Assembly (NCBI GenBank): GCA_963798915.1
Contig: CAWCVB010000016.1
Coordinates: 1-42,114 of the forward strand
Reading direction: 5' to 3'
DNA from: an uncultured Gemmatimonadales bacterium
GTDB lineage: Bacteria; Gemmatimonadota; Gemmatimonadetes; Gemmatimonadales; GWC2-71-9
DNA length: 42,114 bases
Shown: positions 26,959-35,228 of the stretch, one piece after another
Layout: each line of letters opens with the position of its first letter
How positions within the stretch are numbered: position 1 is the first letter of the stretch
Translations under genes and position numbers: made by a program
The notes under the pieces: generated by a model
Database searches by the model: none
The model's input: only the letters and a program-made list of their open reading frames with translations
Told to the model about the DNA's origin: nothing

Positions 26959-28119
26959 GTGACACTCCCTCTGCCCTTCGACGTTGCATCAGCCGCTCCG
27001 GATATCTTCACGGTGTCGGAGCTGACATCTGAGGTCGGCCGGGCCATCGAGCGCATCGCCCGGCCGGTGTGGGTGCGGGCCGAAATTTCGGAATACCGCG
27101 CCTACAGCAGCGGGCATCATTACTTCACGGTGCGGGATGCGCGCAGCCAGGTGCGCTGCATCATGTGGCGAAATGACGCCCGCCGATTGACCGCCATTCC
27201 AGTCGCAGGTATGGAGGTCTTTCTCCTGGGACGGGCGTCCTACTGGGAGGAGAAGGGTGAATTCCGCTTCACCGTCAGCACCATCCTGCCGACAGCAGAT
27301 CTCGGTGCAGGCCAGGTGGAGCTGGAACGGGTCCGAGCGGTACTCAAGGCGGACGGACTGCTTGAACCGGGGCGGAAGCGTCCGCTGCCGGCCTACCCCG
27401 TGGCCATCGCGGTCGTGACCAGCACTGACGGAGCCGCGCTCCGTGACATCATCACGGTGACCCAACGGCGCTGGCCCTGTGCCAGGCTGCTCGTGATTGG
27501 CTCTCGGGTGCAGGGCGGTGGAGCGCCGGCCGCGCTGGCCCGGGCACTGCAGCTCGTCAACCGGCTGCCGGATGTAGATCTATGCATTGTCGGGCGCGGT
27601 GGCGGCGCCCGCGATGATCTCGCAGGATTCAATGCCGAGAACGTCTGCCGCGCACTGGCGGCAGTGCGGGTCCCGACGATTTCGGCGGTCGGGCACGAAA
27701 CGGACGTCTCACTGTCGGACCTGGTCGCAGATCATCGGGCCGCGACGCCCTCGGCCGCGGCCGAGGCGGCTGTTCCCGATCATCGCGAAGTGCTCCGGGA
27801 GCTGCGGGAGGTGGCGCGGCGCCTGACGCACGGGCTGACGCGCCGGACCCGGCTCGCGGAGGAGCGCCTGGCGCGCTGCGGCGATCGTTCGCGCATGGCG
27901 CTCGAACAGCTGCTCGAACGACAACAACATCGGGTGGAGCGACTCGGGGCCGAGCTCGATGCGCTGTCGCCGCTTCGGGTGCTGGAGCGCGGCTACGCCG
28001 TGGCCCTGGACGAGGACGGGGCGGTCCTGCGGTCCGCCCGTGAATTCGCGGCAGGGCGGCGCTTCCGCCTCAAGCTGTCCGATGGTGAAGTTGGCGCCCA
28101 AGTGGAGGAGACATCATGA
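26959..28119 (+). CDS. xseA: Exodeoxyribonuclease VII large subunit
   Basis: SGHHYFT, GAALRDI, RGGG, SAVGHETD, TPSAAAE, LSPLRVLERGYA; in-frame GTG at 26959 chosen as start. Confidence 0.95.
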   Translation: MTLPLPFDVASAAPDIFTVSELTSEVGRAIERIARPVWVRAEISEYRAYSSGHHYFTVRDARSQVRCIMWRNDARRLTAIPVAGMEVFLLGRASYWEEKGEFRFTVSTILPTADLGAGQVELERVRAVLKADGLLEPGRKRPLPAYPVAIAVVTSTDGAALRDIITVTQRRWPCARLLVIGSRVQGGGAPAALARALQLVNRLPDVDLCIVGRGGGARDDLAGFNAENVCRALAAVRVPTISAVGHETDVSLSDLVADHRAATPSAAAEAAVPDHREVLRELREVARRLTHGLTRRTRLAEERLARCGDRSRMALEQLLERQQHRVERLGAELDALSPLRVLERGYAVALDEDGAVLRSAREFAAGRRFRLKLSDGEVGAQVEETS

Positions 28120-28355
28120 GCAGGCAACAGGAGCCGGCCGGCGCTTCACTGGCGGAGGATCTGGCTCAACTCGAGGCGTTGGTGCGCCGGCTCGAGCAGG
28201 ACGACGTGGAGCTCGATGAGGCCCTGGCCCTCTTCGAGCAGGGCGTCAAGCACCTTCGCGCCGCCCGCGAACGTCTTGCCAGTGCCGAGTCCAGGGTGCA
28301 GCAGGTACTGGAGCAGGCTGACGGTGACCTGAGCATCAGTGATTTCAACGCCTGA
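28116..28355 (+). CDS. xseB: Exodeoxyribonuclease VII small subunit
   Basis: LEALVRRLE...LDEALALFEQGV...AESRV; follows xseA. Confidence 0.93.
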   Translation: MSRQQEPAGASLAEDLAQLEALVRRLEQDDVELDEALALFEQGVKHLRAARERLASAESRVQQVLEQADGDLSISDFNA

Positions 28356-29253
28356 GAGCGACCTGGCAGCGGCCCTGCTCGAGGACGTTCGGCAGCGGAT
28401 GGACCAGCGCCTGTCGGACTGGGCCGGGCGGCTCCAGCGCCGACGGCAGGATGCCGACGGCGACGCCATGGCGTATGCGATTCGCAGTCCCGGGAAGCGG
28501 GTTCGTGCGGCGCTGGTTCGCGCATCATACGCCGCGTGCGGCGGTCTGTCCGACGAGGTGGACGAAATTGCCGCCGCGGTCGAGATCGTACACGCCTACT
28601 CGCTGGTCCATGACGACCTGCCGTGCATGGACAACGACGAGCTTCGGCGGGGGCGACCGACGACCCATCGAGCCTTCAGCGTTCCGACCGCGACGCGCGC
28701 CGGCTTTCTGATGGTGCCGGTGGCCGCAGAAGTCCTGGCCCATGGTGCGTGTGTGCTCGGACTCGACTCGGATCAGCTGGGGCGCATGGCCCAGGTGCTG
28801 TTCGCCGCCAGCGGCGTCGAGGGCATGGTCGGCGGGCAGTGGCTCGATCTCGAGGCCGAGCACCAGACGCTGGAACTCGACGCGTTGATGACGGTGCATC
28901 GCGGCAAGACCGGGGCCCTGATCCAGGCCTCGTGCGAACTGGGGGCGCTCGCCGCGAAGGTCTCCACCGAGCGTGTCGAGCACATTGCGGCATTCGGTGC
29001 GGACATTGGCCTGGCCTTCCAGGTCGCTGACGACGTGCTCGACTCCACCGCCTCGAGCGAGGTCCTGGGCAAGACGGCAGGGCTCGATCGGTTGATGCAG
29101 AAGTCCACCTACGTGAGCGTCCTGGGGGTGGACGGCGCTCGGGCAGAGGCGCGCCGGCTGGCCGATCGAGCAGTGGCCGGGCTCATCGCGTCGCGATGCC
29201 ACGCGCCCGCGCTCACTGTCCTCGCCCGCTATATTGTAGAGAGACCATCATGA
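28339..29253 (+). CDS. ispA: Polyprenyl (farnesyl/geranylgeranyl) diphosphate synthase
   Basis: GKRVR, first Asp-rich motif HDDLPCMD, GGQWLD, KTGAL, second motif FQVADDVLD. Confidence 0.9.
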   Translation: MISTPESDLAAALLEDVRQRMDQRLSDWAGRLQRRRQDADGDAMAYAIRSPGKRVRAALVRASYAACGGLSDEVDEIAAAVEIVHAYSLVHDDLPCMDNDELRRGRPTTHRAFSVPTATRAGFLMVPVAAEVLAHGACVLGLDSDQLGRMAQVLFAASGVEGMVGGQWLDLEAEHQTLELDALMTVHRGKTGALIQASCELGALAAKVSTERVEHIAAFGADIGLAFQVADDVLDSTASSEVLGKTAGLDRLMQKSTYVSVLGVDGARAEARRLADRAVAGLIASRCHAPALTVLARYIVERPS

Positions 29254-29272
29254 CGCACGAAGGATCGCCCGC

Positions 29273-31168
29273 ATGAGCCTGCTCGACGGCATCACCGGCC
29301 CGGACGACGTCCGCGCACTCCAGCCCAGCCAACTTCCCGCCCTGGCCGAGGAAGTCCGTCAGCGGCTCATCAGCTGCTGCTCGCTGACCGGTGGACACAT
29401 CGGTGCCAGCCTCGGCGTCGTGGAGCTCGTCATCGCGCTGCTGCATGAGTTTGAGCTGCCAGCAGACAAGGTCGTCTGGGATGTCGGCCATCAGGCCTAT
29501 GCCTGGAAGCTTCTCACCGGGCGGAATGCCGCGTTTCCGACCCTCCGGCAGCAGGATGGCATTTCCGGATTTCTCAAGCGCAGCGAGAGCGAGTTCGACG
29601 CCTTCGGGGCGGGCCACGCCGGCACGGCCGTCAGTGCCGCTTTCGGCATGGCGACCGCGCGTGACCTCCGCGGCGAGCAACACAAGGTGGTGGCGGTGCT
29701 TGGCGACGGCGCACTGACCTGCGGCCTCTCGTATGAAGGCCTCAATAACGCCGGTCATTCCGATCGCGACTTCATCGTTGTCCTCAATGACAACGGAATG
29801 TCCATCTCGCCCAACGTCGGTGCGGTGAGCACGATGCTGGGCCGCATGGTGTCCAATCCCCGCACCAACGCCATGCGCGAGGCGGTCAAGAACATCACCT
29901 TCAAGCTCGGCGGCGTCTTTGGGGAGCGGGTTGTGGATTTTGCGCGGAACTTCGAGGAGAGCGTCAAGAATCTGTGGTCGCCGGGCATGCTGTTCGAGGA
30001 GCTGGGCTTCCGGTATTTCGGTCCGATCGACGGCCATGACACGGCCAAGCTCTGTGAGACGCTCTCGTTCGTCCGCACGATGAAAGGCCCGCGACTCATC
30101 CACGTGCTGACCCAGAAGGGCAAGGGCTTTTCCTTCGCCGAGGCGAACCAGGAAAAGTGGCACGGCCTGGCGGCGTATGACCCTGAAACTGGCGAGGCGC
30201 GCCGGAAATCAAGCGGTCCTCCCGCATGGACTCAGGTATTCGGCGAGGCGCTCGCCGCGCTCGGCCATGAGCGCCAGGACCTGGTGGCCGTCACGGCCGC
30301 CATGCCGTCGGGCAGCGGAACCAATGCGTTCGCGAAGGCGCATCCCCGGCGATTCTTCGACGTAGGCATCGCCGAGGGCCACGCGGTGACGTTCGCGGCG
30401 GGACTGGCCACTCAGGGGCTTCGCCCGGTGTGCGCCATCTACAGCACCTTCCTGCAACGGGCGTACGACAACATCATCCATGATGTGGCTGTCCAGTCCC
30501 TTCCGGTCATCTTCTGCATGGACCGGGCGGGGCTGGTCGGCGAAGATGGCCAGACGCACATGGGACTCTATGACATCGCCTACATGCTGGCGGTTCCCGG
30601 CATGACCGTCACCGCGCCCAAGGATGCGGACGAGCTCATCGGGCTGCTGCGAACGGCGCTTGATCATGACGGGCCGTTCTGCACGCGCTACCCGCGCGAC
30701 AAGGCCCCGGCCGAACCGCGCCCCGTGGGCGACGTGCCGGCCGTGCCGTACGGTACCTGGGAATCGCTGCGCGAGGGCGGTGACGTGGCCCTGCTCGCGG
30801 TCGGAACCATGGTGCTTCCCGCCCTGGCGGCGGCGGAACAGCTGGCGGCGCAGGGTATCGACTGCTCGGTGGTGAACTGTCGTTTCCTCAAGCCGCTGGA
30901 CGAGGCCATGCTGGCGTCCCTCAGCCGGTCGCAGCGGATTCTCGTGACCATCGAGGAGGGCACGATCGTCAACGGGTTCGGCGCCCAGCTCGCGGAACGC
31001 CTCCAGACGACCTCGCCCGATGTCAGGGTAGTGGCGCTTGGTGTCCCTGACCGGCTCATGGAGCAGGCACCGCGTGCGGAGCAGCTGGCGTGCTTCGGGC
31101 TCACCGCCGATGGCATTGCGCGCCGGGTCGCCGCGCTTGCCCACGAGGAGTCACTGGAGCCGCGATGA
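29273..31168 (+). CDS. dxs: 1-deoxy-D-xylulose-5-phosphate synthase
   Basis: WDVGHQAY, ThDP motif GDGALT...LNDN, GIAEGH, YSTFLQR, DRAG. Confidence 0.97.
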   Translation: MSLLDGITGPDDVRALQPSQLPALAEEVRQRLISCCSLTGGHIGASLGVVELVIALLHEFELPADKVVWDVGHQAYAWKLLTGRNAAFPTLRQQDGISGFLKRSESEFDAFGAGHAGTAVSAAFGMATARDLRGEQHKVVAVLGDGALTCGLSYEGLNNAGHSDRDFIVVLNDNGMSISPNVGAVSTMLGRMVSNPRTNAMREAVKNITFKLGGVFGERVVDFARNFEESVKNLWSPGMLFEELGFRYFGPIDGHDTAKLCETLSFVRTMKGPRLIHVLTQKGKGFSFAEANQEKWHGLAAYDPETGEARRKSSGPPAWTQVFGEALAALGHERQDLVAVTAAMPSGSGTNAFAKAHPRRFFDVGIAEGHAVTFAAGLATQGLRPVCAIYSTFLQRAYDNIIHDVAVQSLPVIFCMDRAGLVGEDGQTHMGLYDIAYMLAVPGMTVTAPKDADELIGLLRTALDHDGPFCTRYPRDKAPAEPRPVGDVPAVPYGTWESLREGGDVALLAVGTMVLPALAAAEQLAAQGIDCSVVNCRFLKPLDEAMLASLSRSQRILVTIEEGTIVNGFGAQLAERLQTTSPDVRVVALGVPDRLMEQAPRAEQLACFGLTADGIARRVAALAHEESLEPR

Positions 31169-32034
31169 ATGTCGGCGTCGTGGGAAATCCGCGATACGAG
31201 GGCCTGGCGGAGGTTCTCGCCGAGCTGGCTCGCGAAGCCCCCGCTCGGGGGCTTTCGCTTTCCACCGAGCCGCGCCTCGACTCGTTCTGGCCGTTCACCG
31301 TTCCCCATTTCGAGCCCGAGAATCTTGACGCGCTGCTCACCTTCGGTGGTGATGGCACGCTGCTCCGTGGCGCCCGGCTGCTGGATGGCGCCGAAACACC
31401 GATCCTGGGCGTCAATCTCGGCCGCGTTGGATTTCTCACTGCCGCGCGCCGGGAAACGTTGCAGGCAGCGCTCGATGCACTCAAGGAAGGACGCTACGCG
31501 GTCGATACGATGCAGGCCTTGAGCGCGCAAATCTTCCGCGCCGACGGAAGCGTGGTGCAGGTCCGGCGTGCCCTGAATGACGTCGTGCTGCACAAGAGTG
31601 GTGTGGCACGGGTCGTCCGAATGAACGTCCGCATCGATGGCGTGAACATCGGACCCTACAGCGCGGATGGCCTGATCGTGGCCACCCCGACCGGTTCCAC
31701 CGCCTATTCGCTGAGCGCCGGCGGCCCGGTGGTGGTGCCGGGCGTGGAGGCCCTGCTGCTCACGCCCATCTGCGCGCACACGCTGGCCGTGCGCCCGCTG
31801 GTGATTCGGGCCTCCTCCATCATTGAAATCGAACCCATGCCCGAATGGGCTGAAGACGTCCTGGTTTCGTTTGACGGCCAGACCGGTTCTCCCGTTGGGG
31901 TCGGTGGACGGGTAGAAGTGCAACGCGCCGAGTCGCGTGTCCGGCTGGTACGACTGGGAGAGGCCTCGTGGCTCAGCCGGATGCGCGGCAAGCTGCACTG
32001 GGGCGACCTCTCCGGCCGGGAGCCGTCTGATTGA
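31165..32034 (+). CDS. nadK: NAD(+) kinase
   Basis: GGDGT, NLGRVGFL, LND, ATPTGSTAYSLSAGGP; ATG overlaps the dxs stop. Confidence 0.96.
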   Translation: MNVGVVGNPRYEGLAEVLAELAREAPARGLSLSTEPRLDSFWPFTVPHFEPENLDALLTFGGDGTLLRGARLLDGAETPILGVNLGRVGFLTAARRETLQAALDALKEGRYAVDTMQALSAQIFRADGSVVQVRRALNDVVLHKSGVARVVRMNVRIDGVNIGPYSADGLIVATPTGSTAYSLSAGGPVVVPGVEALLLTPICAHTLAVRPLVIRASSIIEIEPMPEWAEDVLVSFDGQTGSPVGVGGRVEVQRAESRVRLVRLGEASWLSRMRGKLHWGDLSGREPSD

Positions 32035-33707
32035 TTACGGAACTGCGGGTGCGGGACCTGGCCACCGTCGCCGATGTGCGGCTGGAGCTGGGCGAGGGAC
32101 TCAATGTTCTGACCGGCGAGACCGGCGCAGGCAAGTCCATGCTGGTGGACGCCCTGGCGCTGCTGCTGGGTGAGCGGGCCGACACTGCCGTGATTCGCAC
32201 CGGCGCGCGCAAGACGATGGTCGAGGGCGCAGTCGAGCGCGTGAGTCCCGCGCTGGTGCGCCGCCTGGAACTGCTCGGTCTGGACCTGGAGGACGATCGG
32301 CTGATCATTCGCCGTGAAGTGGCCCTGGAAGGCCGCTCACGCGCCTGGATCAATGGCAGCCCCTGCGCCGTCTCGACCCTTGCCCAGCTCGGTGAGCTGC
32401 TGGTTGATCTTCACGGGCAGCACCAGACGCAGTCCTTGCTCAAGCCCGCGCAGCAACGGCAAATCCTCGATGCGTACTCGAATGCCGACACGGAAGCTGC
32501 CGCGATGGCCGAGGGGTACGCCGCGCTCGTGGCGGCGCGCGAGGCGGAAGCGGATCTGGTCCGGCGTCGCGATGAAATTCGCCGCCGCGCGGACTACCTG
32601 CGCCACGTCGTGACCGAAATCGACGCGGCGCGGCTGGTGCCGGGTGAGGATGACGCGCTGACCCTCGAGTCCCGCCGCCTCTCCCAGGCCGGTGCGCTCG
32701 GCGAGTTCGCGCGCCGCGTGCTGGACGCGGTGGATGAGGGCGAGGCAAGCGCGTCGCGGGCGCTGGGTGAAGCCGAGCGGGCGCTGGCGCTGCTCGAGCG
32801 TACCGATCCATCGGTGGCGGAATGGCGGCCATTGCTCGATGGCGCCTTTGACAACCTGCGGGAACTCGCCCGGCTGGCGTCCGCCTACGCTCAGGAGATC
32901 CAGGAGGATCCGGCTCGCCTGGACCGGGTTGAGCGACGCCGCGACCTGCTGGCGACATTGCAGCAGAAGTACGGCGCCTCGCTTGACGCGGTGCGCGACA
33001 CCCGTGCGTCCGCCGCATCGGAACTCGAGGTTCTTGACACCGCAGACGTGGACATGCGAGCGCTGTCAGCTCGACGGACAGCGGCGGAGCGCGCAGTGCA
33101 GGCAGTGGCGGAGGCCCTGACCGCCAAGCGAGCCTCGGGTGCGGAGCGGCTCGGCCGTGCGGTATCGCGGCTGCTGCCGAAGCTCGGGCTCAAGGGCGCT
33201 CAGGTGACCATCATGCTGACGCCGCTTCCTGCGGCAGGTCCCAACGGCGCCGAGGGGGTGGAGTTCTTTGCCCGGCTCAACCAGGGGCTGGACGCGCGTC
33301 CGCTGGCCCGTTCCGCGTCGGGCGGTGAACTCTCTCGCCTGATGCTGGCCCTGAAGGTGGTGCTGGCCCAGCACGACAATGTCCCGACCCTGGTCTTTGA
33401 CGAGGTGGACCAGGGCATCGGGGGCGAAGTTGGTGCCCAGGTTGGAGCCGCGCTCGCAGGGCTGGGAGAGCGTCACCAGGTGCTGGTCATCACGCATCTT
33501 CCCCAGATTGCGGCGCGGGCGGACCGGCATCTGGCCGTCAGCAAGGAATCCAGGGGCGGGGTGGCCACCAGCGATGTCACGCGCCTCCACGGCGAGGACC
33601 GGGTAGGCGAGCTGGCCCGCATGCTCGGCGACGCCGAGGGCGAGACCGCGCGCCGGCACGCGCAGGCGCTGCTGGCTGACGCGCGCCCCCTGACCGGGCG
33701 GCCGTGA
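32031..33707 (+). CDS. recN: DNA repair protein RecN
   Basis: TGETGAGKS, DLHGQH, ASGGELSR, FDEVDQG, ITHLPQIAA. Confidence 0.97.
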   Translation: MITELRVRDLATVADVRLELGEGLNVLTGETGAGKSMLVDALALLLGERADTAVIRTGARKTMVEGAVERVSPALVRRLELLGLDLEDDRLIIRREVALEGRSRAWINGSPCAVSTLAQLGELLVDLHGQHQTQSLLKPAQQRQILDAYSNADTEAAAMAEGYAALVAAREAEADLVRRRDEIRRRADYLRHVVTEIDAARLVPGEDDALTLESRRLSQAGALGEFARRVLDAVDEGEASASRALGEAERALALLERTDPSVAEWRPLLDGAFDNLRELARLASAYAQEIQEDPARLDRVERRRDLLATLQQKYGASLDAVRDTRASAASELEVLDTADVDMRALSARRTAAERAVQAVAEALTAKRASGAERLGRAVSRLLPKLGLKGAQVTIMLTPLPAAGPNGAEGVEFFARLNQGLDARPLARSASGGELSRLMLALKVVLAQHDNVPTLVFDEVDQGIGGEVGAQVGAALAGLGERHQVLVITHLPQIAARADRHLAVSKESRGGVATSDVTRLHGEDRVGELARMLGDAEGETARRHAQALLADARPLTGRP

Positions 33708-34840
33708 CCAACCCGGCCGCTGCCCTGTTCCAGCAGACCTGGTCCGACGATCCTCGCACGAGTGCGTCCGCGCCGGGCCGCGTCAATCTTGTCGGGGAGC
33801 ACACCGACTACAATGGCGGACCGGTGCTGCCGTTTGCCATTGAAGACCGCACCTGGGTCGCCGCTTCGCCGGCCGCCGGCTCGCAGTGGGACGTTATCTC
33901 CGCGCTCGACGGACAGCGGCGACAGGTGCACCCGGACGGGAGCCTGCCGAGCGGCTGGACCGCCTACCTCGTTGGGGTCATCCGCGTCTGCCGCGCTCGC
34001 GGGCTGACGCTTCCCGCCGGCGCCCGGATCGCCATCGCCAGTTCAGTGCCAGTAGGAGCCGGCCTCTCTTCCTCCGCCGCTCTCACGGTGGCCCTGGTGC
34101 GAGCCTTGGCTTCACTCGGAAGCAGTCGCCTCACCCGGATTGCCAATGCCGACCTTGCGTTCAGGGCGGAGCACGACGAAGTCGGTGTGCAGTGTGGACG
34201 GATGGACCAGACCATCGCCGTGTTCGGAAGAGCCGGGCATGCGCTGTTCTACGATACTGCATCCGGGGTGCGGCGGCAGCTGCCGTTTGGCCGACGGACA
34301 TTGATGATCGAGACAGGGCGGGCCCACCAACTGGCGGATGGGGCCCTGAATGAGCGTCAGGCGGAATGCCAGCAGGCGCTGGCCCAGCTGCGCGGCATTC
34401 GTCCCGGCCTGACGTCGCTGGCGGCGCTGCCCGAAGCGGACCTGGCCGAGGCCATGGTGCGCCTGCCGCGCCTGCTGCAGCGACGGGTGCGACATGTGGT
34501 GACGGAGACGAGACGTGTGCACGAGGCCGCTGCGGCACTGCGCCAACACCGGTTCAGCCGGCTTGGCGAGCTGCTGGTCGAGGGGCACCGCTCGTTGCGC
34601 GACGATTTTGCGTCAACCTGCGTCGAGGCGGATGCGATCGTCGAGTGGGCGGTCAGCGCCGGGGCGTGGGGCGCCCGGCTGACTGGCGCGGGCTGGGGTG
34701 GGGCGGTGCTGGTACTGGCGCCCGATGCAGTCCTGCGCGACGTGGCGGCCGCTGTTACCGAACGATTTGCGGCGCGCTTTGGCGCTTCGCCCCCGACCTG
34801 GATGACGCATGCGTCGGGCGGCGTGCGGCTGGAGCACTAG
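33704..34840 (+). CDS. galK: Galactokinase-like GHMP kinase
   Basis: APGRVNLVGEHTDY, PVGAGLSSSAA, CGRMDQ, GARLTGAGWGG. Confidence 0.85.
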   Translation: MTNPAAALFQQTWSDDPRTSASAPGRVNLVGEHTDYNGGPVLPFAIEDRTWVAASPAAGSQWDVISALDGQRRQVHPDGSLPSGWTAYLVGVIRVCRARGLTLPAGARIAIASSVPVGAGLSSSAALTVALVRALASLGSSRLTRIANADLAFRAEHDEVGVQCGRMDQTIAVFGRAGHALFYDTASGVRRQLPFGRRTLMIETGRAHQLADGALNERQAECQQALAQLRGIRPGLTSLAALPEADLAEAMVRLPRLLQRRVRHVVTETRRVHEAAAALRQHRFSRLGELLVEGHRSLRDDFASTCVEADAIVEWAVSAGAWGARLTGAGWGGAVLVLAPDAVLRDVAAAVTERFAARFGASPPTWMTHASGGVRLEH

Positions 34841-34869
34841 CGCGCCCGGCATCATATATTGTCGGACCC

Positions 34870-34953
34870 GCCCGGATGGCGAAATCGGTAGACGCGAGGG
34901 ACTTAAAATCCCTCTCCCCTCGGGGAGTGCAGGTTCGAGTCCTGCTCCGGGCA
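34870..34953 (+). tRNA. tRNA-Leu(TAA), 84 nt, CCA not encoded
   Basis: Acceptor GCCCGGA/TCCGGGC+A, anticodon arm AGGGA-ctTAAaa-TCCCT, long variable arm CTCCCC-tc-GGGGAG, T arm GCAGG-TTCGAGT-CCTGC; TATATT -10 candidate at 34855-34860. Confidence 0.97.
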
Positions 34954-34988
34954 TGTGGTTCGCCGTGCACCGCCACCACGAGGCCACA

Positions 34989-35228
34989 ATGGCACATCCA
35001 CCGCGCGAAGCCAGACTCAAGCCCGAACACGCCGAGGAGTACCCGGGGCTGGTGCCGGGGGTCTGGCACCCCGCCGCCAGTATCGCGGCCTACCTGCTCA
35101 CACGGCAGCGCGCGCTGGGTCGGGTCGATCCGCTCGACCGTCCATCGCGTGCCATCCCCACTGATCACTTCGAATTTCGTGGTGGATCGCCGGCCGGGAG
35201 CACCGGCCAGGCCCGCGTAGACGACTGA
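34989..35228 (+). CDS. Small hypothetical protein (79 aa)
   Basis: GAGG SD at about 34980-34983; fills the gap between the tRNA and the convergent gene; ordered sequence REARLKPE..YPGL.PGVW...HFEFRGG. Confidence 0.7.
   Translation: MAHPPREARLKPEHAEEYPGLVPGVWHPAASIAAYLLTRQRALGRVDPLDRPSRAIPTDHFEFRGGSPAGSTGQARVDD

Noticed and set aside
34870..34953. bldA-like regulatory role for tRNA-Leu(TAA)
   Set aside because: In-frame TTA codons occur in housekeeping genes (recJ 8862, pta 12174, exonuclease 17320, infC 19327), so the tRNA is probably needed constitutively
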